Part shown: in pieces, positions 44,850 to 55,473 of the stretch
How the letters are laid out: each line of letters begins with the position of its first letter
Position numbering within the stretch: the stretch's first letter is position 1
Program-made: the position numbers and the translations under genes
The notes under the pieces: generated by a model
Databases searched by the model: none
What the model was told of the DNA's origin: nothing
Seen by the model: the letters and a program-made list of their open reading frames with translations, nothing else
Source of the DNA: Amphiscolops sp. MND2022
Taxonomy: Eukaryota
Direction: 5' to 3'
NCBI GenBank assembly: GCA_964187785.1
Contig: OZ076409.1
Location: 77,128,001 to 77,192,000 of the forward strand
DNA length: 64,000 nucleotides

Positions 44850-46250
44850 TTCTCTGACGATGTAAGAATTATCGCCTGTCTTTCTATTTTTTCTTTGTTG
44901 ACATCATGGGGCGATCTTTTACCACAATATTCTTATTTCCTTAATTTTAATAGCCGCTTCCTTGGTTTCTTTGAAAATGGAAGCGTTATCAGTGATAATT
45001 TTCCTCTAGGAGAGATAAGGGACTGTGATTTGAGATGTTACCTAGCTTTTTTCAAATGCTGTTCAATATGGCATCTCAAGTGCGTGAATTAATTTTTAAC
45101 CTGATTGACGTCCTTGTACTCCGTCCTCTTGTTACCTCATTATATTTCTGGTCTCGTACCCAGAGGTTCAATTGCCCGGAGTGACATTAACAGTGTTTTC
45201 CTCGGTTGAAAATTTTTGATGCCCAGTTGAAAATACTTTCATAGTGCAGTCAGGTGCATCATACTGTACTCGTAGGTCATTTGCTGAGATCTCAAAGTAC
45301 CCTCGCTCGCCGTTGAATGGTAGAGAAGATAATGTGGCTAATTAGATTGGCAAGACTTCCTGACTCTCCATAAATTGTGTCTTGAATCTGTGAATCTCTG
45401 GGGAGATTAAAGTAATTAGCATGAAATGAAATTACCATGATTGATGTCTTTTTGTATAAAAGCTATGTCCGGTCGCTGTAGCGCACTTTTGGAACCCTCT
45501 ACTGATCATCTTTTCAATTCTGTCAGTTTTGATGCATTTTCTGAGTCCTAGTGTTTTTCTACTAAGTTGAGTGCGCTTCCCCGTAGATTCAAGCGTACTG
45601 CTGATTGGATACAGACATACATACACATTAGTTACTCTAAAATACTTATTGAACGGATGCATTAAGATAAGATACATCGCTGCGGCTTCCGACACTACTC
45701 TTCCTTTTGCCAGGTTCAATGCACCTCGCTCCTTGCTTGTTATTCTAACTAGATCGCGCAATATAAGCTAAGACTACAGCTCGGTATCACACTAGTTTTC
45801 TATTGGTCCAGAATTAAAGAGGCCCATTCACGTGCGCTTCATACCTTTTGTGTTGCAATAATCAGCGGTTAAATTGCGCTATCGTTGGTTATTCTGGTTC
45901 CAACCGAGACGAGAGAGACAATCGTGACCGGCCAACCGAGTTAGCGACCATCTAAGTTAAACTATCAGTCAGTGGTGGTACTAGTTTATATTGGAATACT
46001 GGTTTTCTTCGCGGTCGCCTTTCCTTATTCGAACAGCCGAGAATCTGCACCAACTGCAGTGACTTGCACGCCAAGATAAAATTGTTGCTGTACCTGGGGT
46101 CTTGCCATATTGCGTGATTGTCTGCACAATTGGAACTAGCGTTCAAAATAGGTGTCTGCAGACCACATTTTACAAGACCTACACCATGGGTTGCCCACAT
46201 TAACGCATTTCATAGATTGGAGAAGAGATTCGATTTCTTTTAGTTTCTTC
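44850..46250 (-). pseudogene. Very decayed LTR-retrotransposon-like remnant (gag knuckle and integrase traces)
   Basis: RKIITDNASIFK...SPHD (integrase-core-like) near 44900-45010; broken Cys motif near 46100-46200; no LTRs found. Confidence 0.4.
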
Positions 46251-47929
46251 CTGCCTCCTCTCAACACGATTGCTCGTTTCTGTTCTGTTTTGTTCAGTTG
46301 GTGCTAGCGGTTAGTGCTTGGTGCTGTTACGTCACAAAATAGAATTATCCATTTACCTTCCTTCAAGTGCAGCTGCCTACCTTTGCTCTTCTACCTTCCC
46401 CGTTTCCGCCTGTTCGCCGCTGTAGCGTAAATACTCCCCCTAGCTTTTGAGGTTAATTCAAATTGCCTGAAGCCCTTGTTGCTCTGCCACTTTTTAATAC
46501 TACTCTTCGTCCAAATTATCATACTGTCAATCTTACTTTGATTGCATAGATAGTAGTGGGCTTGTTCCCGTCATTTCCACTCTGATGCTGCTGCTTGTTT
46601 AGCCTCTCTTCTTACCCCCATGGACTTACCACCTATTCCTCCTGAGAAAAAGTTCTCCGTGCCCGTACCCATGTATAGCCCCGAAGAGGTTAAACGCTTC
46701 TCGAGGGTTCAGTCCCTTGATAGGTTAGTTATTGTTACGGAATTTCTCTAACTGCTCTCAAAGAGGGTTCAAATTCGCTTCAAATTTGGAATCTTCAATG
46801 TTGTTGGTGTTTCAATTGGCTCAACTTTTACTTTATTGTAGACTTTGAAAGTTATCAAGCTTGAATTTTAATTTTGGAAGAGGAAGCGAAGAAATCTGAA
46901 GTAGTTTTTTTTGCTAAATTTTGAACGTCTATCTGTCGAAAACAATTATACTTACTTAAGCTTTGATTTCTCGGATTCTTACTACTAGTCAATGGTATAC
47001 TTCTACGCAGTTAACAAGCTTCATAAAACATTAGCTTGTTTCAAGAAGAAAGCATGAGAAATACCAAACTTTTTCTCCGCTTGTTTTCGATCCAGAGCAA
47101 TCGGAGGTTTCTTGTTTCATGAGCGAACGTTGGTTCCTTCAATACGATCGGTGTTTGTGAGCGCTTTACAACATGCTCGACACTTTTTCTATGCTGGAAA
47201 AATAGTAAATTTTGAGGTTTTCGTCGAATTTCGGTTATTGAAGACATATAGCTGCAAATTATTTGACAATGAACACTCTGTGCTGTTCAATGTTCTAGAT
47301 CAGGTTGAACTGAGCGCGAGGAAATACAATCCTCAAGTTTGCCGATTTCTACGTATTAACCGGCTCATCCCGACATTGCTTTCAATTAAAAAATAATTAG
47401 TTTTTCAGTTCTAATTTTGGTGTGCGTGCCACTGCTGAAGACCTCGGCCAACGCTATCAGTAGTAAACTATAGGTTTGTCGATTTTGACCTTATTGCTTT
47501 TTGGAAATGTGAAAAATCAGTTGAATAGTATTCATTATTGTTTTCAATCTTTGGTTTCAAAGAATAGTTTCTCTTCCGTTGTGTATTTTGAATGGGAAAT
47601 TTCATTATTTACTTGGCCTGATTAGTCCGCGTAATTACAAAAGTAGCTGTCCTCAATTGAAGAAGGAAGGAACAATAGGCACAGTGGTGCTGCGATGGTT
47701 TTCGTATACTGTTACAAGACGCCTTTATTATTTTCCGCCCATATTTCATATGGGAAAGGAAAATATTTAAATCAAACGGGTTTTTTTTTTACAAAATTTG
47801 CCAAGAATTATTTTTTACGTAATATGAAGAAGTACATTCACAGAATTGAACTGACATAAATTTAGTTCCATGCGATATGTATTTGTAAAGATTTTTGGAC
47901 TTTTTTGGGAATGACGGAAATGACCCCAT

Positions 47930-48640
47930 AATGACCCGAAAATGACAAAAATTCAAAACTTTCTCAATTTTCACCGTTTTCGTGCATTTTTTGCCATTTT
48001 TTTCGATAAACATCGTCGATTAGAATGTTGAAAACGTTCAGCAAGGCACGAATTTGTTGTCCAATAGTATTCTGAAGAGATTAATGCGGTTTTTTAAAAG
48101 AAAAATTACCAAAAAAATGACAAAAATTCCAAATTTTTTCGATTTTTAACGTTTTTATGCAATTTTTGTCAAATTTTCGATAGACTTCGTGGATTAGAAT
48201 GTTGAAAACGTTCAACAAGGCACGAATTCGTTGTCCAATAGTATTCTTTAAGGAGATAAATTCGTTTTTTTAAAAAAAAATACCCCAAAAATCATTAAAA
48301 AAAATTCCAAAATTTTTCGATTTTTAACGTTTTTATGCAATTTTTGGCAAATTTTCGATAGACTTCGTGGATTAGAATGTTGAAAACGCTCAACGTGACA
48401 GGAATGGCAGGAATTCGTTGTCCAGTATGCTTTTCCGAAGAGATAATGGCTGTTTTCTAAAGGAAAAATATATCAAATTGAAACCGAAAATGACAAAAAA
48501 CCCAAAATTTTCCAATTTTCAAAGTTTTTATGCAATTTTTGTCAAAGTTTCGACAGACTTTGTAGATTGGAATGTTGAAAAGAGTCAACAAGGAACAAAT
48601 TTGTTGTCCAGTAGTCTTTCTCGAAGAGATTTGGGGCGGA
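47930..48640. repeat. Tandem repeat of ~175-195-bp units (about 4 copies)
   Basis: Anchor GATT(A/G)GAATGTTGAAAA at 48018, 48192, 48370 and 48565. Confidence 0.85.
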
Positions 48641-49389
48641 AAATATCCCGCTGGTCCGCGGGCGTCTTGTTGAAACATCAATTGTTTTGAAAAAGTTACC
48701 GAGAAATGCCTCTACAGATGTGAAAACTAATTCATTCCATAGTGCGAATAGAATAATGAAATGCAATTCAAAATTAGTTTTTGAACAATCTTCTTGGCAA
48801 AATGTAATCGGCAAAACATCAATTCGGATGAACCGCATTTTTTTACCGTTATATACCCTACATAAAAAAGTTTTATTTTAGTTCAGTTTGGAAAGATGCA
48901 AAAAGTTCGGCATTGACTGTATAGATGTGAATTTTTTCACCCTACTTCCTGGCAAGATCATATTGAAAATGGAAATAGCGTCAACGATTCAAATACAATG
49001 CATTTTCATCGAGAACGGCCTTATCGATGTTAATGCGAACCATCATCCTGCGTAACTAATTGGTTAAAAACCATTTTAAAAAACCGAAGCAGGAAAAAAC
49101 TAAAGAGGGACCTTCCGGTTTTTTTGAAAACCTAAATTGAAAGCATCTAAAAAACCTGAAGGGAGACCCTCTATTGTAATGCAAAAAGTTGTAGAAGTCA
49201 CGGGTTGCCGAACTAACCTGAGGTGTCCTTTTGGTATCATTCATGCCTGATTTGGTTTTATGCACTTAAGCTCTTACGTTGAATCCGCTCAAAAATTGGG
49301 CATTAATGTTTCAAAAAGAGTCGCATAGTGCCAGAAAACCTAAAAGGACATTTTGGTCTCGTCTAAACTTTGCACGCATGAAGATACGG

Positions 49390-49478
49390 CAGTACTGGCT
49401 TCGAACTCCACGTACCCCTGCCTCCCAGCGTCAATCACCACGCTCAGACACACACGCCTAACCACTAAGCCAACTGAA
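49390..49478 (-). ncRNA. tRNA-derived Pol III head (SINE-like remnant)
   Basis: A box TGGCTTAGTGG (49472-49462) and B box GAGTTCGAAGCC (49408-49397) with an internal AGCGT/ACGCT hairpin; no complete cloverleaf. Confidence 0.5.
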
Positions 49479-52361
49479 AAGTTTTTTTCACCAGCATCTA
49501 GTTTCACTTTAGTTTTAGCGCTGTTCTTTCAATTTTTCCGGTCATGGTTTCTTTAAAATATATATAACTAGGTTTAAATGCTAGTCACTTTCGAAAGTAT
49601 TGTCACGAAAATAACGATTAACTCAGAACTAAAAATTCCGGAAATTGCCGAATTTTTGGAATTATTTCATCGTTTTCAACTGGCATTTTTTTTCAACTCA
49701 TCCGGCTTTGAAATCTTTCCAAATTTATCATGAGCTCAAAAATTGATATATTTTTTGTCGAAGTCTTCACTGCAGTTTTTTAGCTTGTTTAGAATGTTTC
49801 AATTCCTTATATGTGGAGAATTGTTTCCTGTTCTTTAGTAGGCGCTTTTCTTTTATGGAAAAGAGCCCGACTCCTACAGTGACTAGTTTTTGTCAGTCTC
49901 ACTCTGAGTGGCTTGTGCACGGTGCTTTTTTACCGGTGTACCTAGTACCTTTGCACGGTGTACTTAGAACTCGATTTTTAAGGGGGTGTGCTTTCCACCA
50001 TTTTGGCACTATGAGACTTGGAATTTTTTAAATTGCACTAAAGGGTCCCCTTTCATTTTCAAAAATATTTTGCACCGAAATGGATGTTGAAAAAATCTCA
50101 AAAGGTCCTTTTACATTTTTCGGCATTATGAGTTTAAAATTCTCATTTTTCTTCTGATATTAGGTTTTCTCAACATGTATCAACCAATAATTTTTTCAGT
50201 AGTTATTTTCCGCCCCCACAATTCATTGTGTAGGGGAGGAAAATTATTATCTGTTGTTTTTTCCAAAATTGCCAAATATCCACAATCTCAATGGTAGTTG
50301 CTATTTACGATGGGTCAGTTGGTACGATGGGTCAGTTGGTAGTGCATCCGCCTATCAATAAGTAGAGGATGAGTTCGAATCTCACCGCCTGATTTTTATC
50401 GGAGGAAATATCCCGGTGTTTAGCAGGCGTCTTGTTTCAATATCAAATCCAATCTTTCAATATGGATTTTGAACGCATCCATAGCCGCTAACATGAAATA
50501 CAAAACCATTCCAAAGCAAAATGGCCCCCTTTCCCTTTTTCGGCACTATGTGACTTTTCCCCTTCTCGGCTTTGTGAGACTTTTTCGAAAGTTTTTAATG
50601 TCTCCAAATGGTCCTCTTCAATTTTTTACATATTTTGCAACGGAATGGATGTTGAAAAATCTCAAACTATCCCCTTTTCACTTTTTTTGGCACTGAGACT
50701 GTTCAAAATTCTCATTTTTTGTCTGATATTAGGTTTTCCCAATATATATCCAATAATTTTTTTTCAATTCTATCCGAATTTTTGACGCAATATCCCTAGT
50801 AAAACGCTATATCCGAATATTTGACGTTATATCCGAACTGTATTGCGTTTCATTAAGGAGTCAGACGTTCAAAAACAAACGCTCCCATTTGTCCCAACGT
50901 GCTATATCCGAACTTCTGAAGTGTTTTCCGAGCACGAAAGGCTTTTTTAGGGTGTTTCGAAACTTTTGTGTTTTTCATTAAACGTACTGAGCATATTTTG
51001 AAAACAATGTATGAATTTTAGACGGGGTATTATACCGCCTTTTCGGCCGTTTTTGAATCCCCTCCTAGTAAATGCCGATCAATATTCTCTCAAAAAATTT
51101 TCCTCTTGATTGACCATCAATACAAAGATGAAAATTTAATTCATCTCACACTACTCCGATGAACCATTTTCTTAACAAATCTCAACAGAGCCAAACGTTT
51201 TTCATAGCAGAAACAACAGCAGTTGTTTTTTTTTGTCGTTCGATAAATGCGGCGCGTGATAAATCCGCTTGAACTCTTTCGTAATCAGGAACACTTCTGT
51301 ATTCATTTAATTCAGAAATTCCTCCAATTTTGGGTCCTGAAAATGTTTATCGCCCATAAGGTTTTGAACGAAGCCCAGGGTCCTTGATAATCTCTCAGAT
51401 TCTTCATCATTGACAGCTTCACTGAAGTAAGTCACTTTGAGTTGGCGATCATAGATTTCATTCATGTATTCCTTGTATTGATTCGGGTATTTCCCTGAAA
51501 ATGAGATTCTGCATTCAATATGCAGTTCAAAATAACGAGGCCCTCCAACTGTTTGCTGCAGAAAATACACTGGTGAATTTTCTTCGAATTGGCTTGAAGA
51601 TGTTCCCTTATTAGATTCTTTCAATGCTCTTATTGTTCAGCGTGTGTCCCCTTTTGTGGGAAATATATTCTCAATTTAAATGCAGAAGAAATAAACAAAT
51701 ACGGTTTCGATTTAAAAACAATTTGGCCACCACGAAATTCAAATAACTAATCTTCTATTGGTAAGAAATTGTTGGTAGGCTTTCTGAGGAATTTGTGCCA
51801 TCCAGAAAAGCAGTTCATGCTTATTAACTGGTTGCACTCAAATAGCTAAGTTTATATACTACTATCAAAGGTAAACCCATGGTTAACTAATATGCTTAAT
51901 TGTTTAGCTTAAAGCTGTCATCCGTTATCAAAAATGTTTGGTGAGGAAGGGGGAAATTATTGTATTATCTACGTCGCCATTTGTTCTTTTTCGTAACCGC
52001 TTCCCGCGAAGCAGTTCGTTTGTCAAATTCAATAATCAAAATGATAACTTACTTTAAAAAACGTTTATGGGACTTTGTGACTTTGTTTTTTTTAAAATTT
52101 CATTTTGAATCAACAAGGGTATCGGAAGTTCATTGCCGAAATCATTGGAACTTTTCCTTGGACTTATCGAAAAATCATAAAATATTCAAATGAAGGCGTC
52201 CTTTTGCTTTCAGAATCTAGAGAAAATTCTTAGATTGTTCACGGATGTACCGATAAATCAAAGAAAATACTAAATCCTACCGGTTTTGGGTCTCGAAAAG
52301 TGAACTTCAAAAGGTGTCAATTTGCATATACCGCATTCATTTGAAAGCCTCAGCTCTTGTT

Positions 52362-52940
52362 ATTATTTCTGCGATAGCAGGAATAATATTGAAATCTCAA
52401 GATGTCTACTTTTTTTCATTACAATTCTTCGCACGATACCTCATAATTCAGATATTTGCTCGGCAGTGACTGTAAGCGTGAGAATTAAATTTCTCAAGCT
52501 GCCGACGACAATTCAATTCTTGTGCGATGGAACGAGCGAGTGGTAATTATGCATTCGTACGCTGACGTCATTGAGATGAAGCGAGCGAATGTTCGTAATT
52601 GTGCTTTCGTTGCGCCGAGTTATTGAGATGAAGCGAATGAGTGATAATTTTTCGTTCGCGGAGAGCTTCGCCTGCATTCAAATATAAATTTGCTTTAGTC
52701 CGAGATTTACTACTACTACTAAAAGACTGAATTGATTCTAGTCAACACAAAAGAAATACTCATGATATTTACATGCACAGATTTTTTTAAACAACAGATT
52801 TAAAGGCGGTATAAACTGGTACAGTGATTGAGCGCTAAATAATGATTAAACAGGAGTGTATTGGTATTCCGGATATGATTCTATTATTAATGAAAAATTA
52901 AAGCAGAAATAATAATGTGCCCCGGAGGGCCTATTGTTTT
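52362..52940 (+). mobile_element. HINE/DINE-1-like family B copy 3
   Basis: Sub-TIRs ATTATTTCTGC (52362-52372) / GCAGAAATAAT (52903-52913); hairpin GCCC-CGGA-GGGC, then CTATTGTTTTTT. Confidence 0.78.
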
Positions 52941-53152
52941 TTAATGAAAGCGAAGCAAGCCTTTGATGTTTTTTTCATGCACAGGTTTCAAGACCAGCAT
53001 CTCGAACTTGAGACGATGTACAATTTTTGCATGCTATTGAGTCAATGTCGTAAGATCAGATTCAGCAATCAAATTATTTGATCTACAGGTTTTTGACGGT
53101 ACAAAACATTTTCACTGGGCGGGTGGAGCCTTTTGAAATACAGACTCCAAAC

Positions 53153-55473
53153 TAGAGCTGCGCGCCAGCCGTTCAAGCCGCCGCCGCCGTTAATTTATTA
53201 CGTCAGCCGCCGCCTTTGATTTTATGCAGCGAAGCTGCGGCTGACAATTCCCTTAATATGTAGCATCTATTTTAACACGCGAACGAATACCATTCACAGC
53301 CGCAATTTGATTGGCTAACGACAAAATTCTAGACAATAAGCCAAATATTTTGTACGCTAGTAAAAGATCGTATGAATTATTAGCCACGAAAGTAAAATCA
53401 AGTAATTTTCACACCGATTAGCCAGTTTAACGATATTTATCAACCAAAATGTCTTGTTTAAAGAATTACAAGGTTATTATAGATCATTCAAAAACTGACG
53501 GAAGTATTGTTTGGAATTATTTCGGTGAATTAAGCGACAATATGGGAATAATTCAACCGGACAAGTATTTCTGCGCAGAATGTCTTAAAAATGAACAAAA
53601 TAAAGACAAACAATTCCTGAAAAACCTGAAATGTTATAGCAAATCCTCATCCACTGGCAATTTGAAGGCGCATTTAATTGAGCGACATAAGTTGAGTTTT
53701 ACACCAAAAACCCCGTCCAAGAGTGATATATCTAAATGGTTTACTTCCTCGCCAAGAACTCCTATTTTGCGCAAATCTGATCCAGAATTAGCGGAGAGCA
53801 TCTTCTTAATGTGTGCCAGAGATCTATTGCCGTTCCAGTTTGTTGAAAAAGAGGGTTTTAAAGATTTCACCAACAAATATCTACCAAATCGAAGCTTGCC
53901 AACTAGACAAACGATTGTCCGAGCTGGTGCACGTGTTACGGAGCAAATTAAAGAGTACATTGTGGACTATTTGGCTTCAGAAAACAATATATTTGGAACA
54001 GGAACTCTTGATTGCTGGACGGATATGTACAAGCGACGAAGCTATATTGGATTTACCTACCATTTCATTGATAAACAATTCAAAATAAAAAATATCTTGT
54101 TGGGGGCACGGTATTTTGAGCATCCCCATACCGGAGAGGCAATTGCCGACAATGTGAAAAATATACTCAACGAATTTCGATTGACAGAAAAGTGTAAAAT
54201 ATGGGTAACTGATAATGCAACAAATAACATCAAGTTTGCGCGTGTAATGGATACTACCCGGCTTGGTTGTGATGCTCATGGCATACATAATCTTATTATG
54301 CGAGATGCATTTGGAAGCTCTATATACGCAACAGAATTACTAACTCGTTGCAAAACGATTGTAAAGGCATTAGTATGGAAGGATTTGGATCAATTTAATT
54401 CAAAAGAAGTAATAGAAACTATCTCTTCTATTGAAGACGAAATTCAGATGGATGATCAATATCCCATATGGTACGACAAGGACCAAAGGTCTACAACGTT
54501 AAAGCAGGAAGTGCCTACACGGTGGAGCTCAGCCCTTCGAATGATAAAAAGTGTACTTGACAACATCAATTGTGTAACTAGACTTCTGGAAATAGCGAAA
54601 AAATACGAATTAATTTTGAGTGATCGTGAAATATGTGATTTGAGAAAACTGTCAGAATTTTTGGACTCTTTTTCAGTTGTTACGAAAAAATTAGAAGGAT
54701 GCCAGTATACGACCCTCAACTTAGCTGTTCAATATAGAGAATCTCTATATGAGCACTGTAAACCCGAAGACAGGGATGAAGATTTTATTTCCCAAATGAA
54801 GCGATCAATACTCCAAAACTGGGATAAACGCTTACCCTCGTTGGAAATCCATATTGCAGCAGCTCTTATGGATCATTCAACAAAGCATTTAAAGACTGTT
54901 TCGGATTTTCTCAAGAACAAAGATTTAACCGCTGCAGAATTTTTGACAAATGTGATGACCCAGTTAGACATTGAAACTAACACAACGTCGCTGAATGATA
55001 ATGATCTCTCTCCAGCCAAGAAAGCAAAATTGGAAGAAAAATTGCTTTTTGTCAGAAAGTATGGGAATTTTACAGCACTTGAGGTATCGAGTTTCAAAAT
55101 AGAGGTTGACAAATTTATGATGATGCCTTTATCAGCCGAAACGTTACTGCTTGACACTTTGGATTGGTGGAAATCGCATCAAGCAGAATATCCCATGATG
55201 AGTATCCTTGTACGGTCATTATACTCGGTACCCTCGACTGCCGCTGCTATTGAGAGAGTGTGGAGCTCATCAGGTCTGACCATCTCCTCTCGACGATCAT
55301 GTTTGGGGCCAACTAATTTTGAAAACTTGATATTTGTTCATGAAAATTATGCTTTTGTCAAATCTGATAATTCAAATTTTTGACAATTTGTTTTCAGCCG
55401 GCTGAGCCGCCGCCGCTGATAGAACTCGTATTGCGCCGCCGAATTGCTTCGGCTTGAACGGCGCGCAGCTCTA
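53153..55473 (+). mobile_element. Apparently intact autonomous hAT transposon (2321 bp)
   Basis: 14-bp perfect TIR TAGAGCTGCGCGCC; 8-bp TSD CTCCAAAC (53145-53152, 55474-55481); GCCGCCGCC subterminal repeats at both ends. Confidence 0.96.
53449..55383 (+). CDS. hAT family transposase, 644 aa
   Basis: BED finger (VWNYF...CAEC...TGNLKAHLIERH); catalytic D (TLDCWT), D (VTDNATN), CxxH (CDAH), PTRWSS and E (AIERVWS); dimerisation domain LDWWK...YP; no stops or introns. Confidence 0.97.
   Translation: MSCLKNYKVIIDHSKTDGSIVWNYFGELSDNMGIIQPDKYFCAECLKNEQNKDKQFLKNLKCYSKSSSTGNLKAHLIERHKLSFTPKTPSKSDISKWFTSSPRTPILRKSDPELAESIFLMCARDLLPFQFVEKEGFKDFTNKYLPNRSLPTRQTIVRAGARVTEQIKEYIVDYLASENNIFGTGTLDCWTDMYKRRSYIGFTYHFIDKQFKIKNILLGARYFEHPHTGEAIADNVKNILNEFRLTEKCKIWVTDNATNNIKFARVMDTTRLGCDAHGIHNLIMRDAFGSSIYATELLTRCKTIVKALVWKDLDQFNSKEVIETISSIEDEIQMDDQYPIWYDKDQRSTTLKQEVPTRWSSALRMIKSVLDNINCVTRLLEIAKKYELILSDREICDLRKLSEFLDSFSVVTKKLEGCQYTTLNLAVQYRESLYEHCKPEDRDEDFISQMKRSILQNWDKRLPSLEIHIAAALMDHSTKHLKTVSDFLKNKDLTAAEFLTNVMTQLDIETNTTSLNDNDLSPAKKAKLEEKLLFVRKYGNFTALEVSSFKIEVDKFMMMPLSAETLLLDTLDWWKSHQAEYPMMSILVRSLYSVPSTAAAIERVWSSSGLTISSRRSCLGPTNFENLIFVHENYAFVKSDNSNF

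Noticed and set aside
47678-47710. CACAGTG as a V(D)J-type recombination signal
   Set aside because: No nonamer at 12- or 23-bp spacing and no partner signal.
52960-53150. Possible small exons (CACAG|...|GTAAG and CTACAG|) interrupted by the hAT insertion
   Set aside because: The phases are incompatible and the joined frame hits a stop immediately.
53634-55157. Several 87-108-aa ORFs overlapping the hAT transposase
   Set aside because: Shadow ORFs in antisense or alternative frames of a long real CDS.
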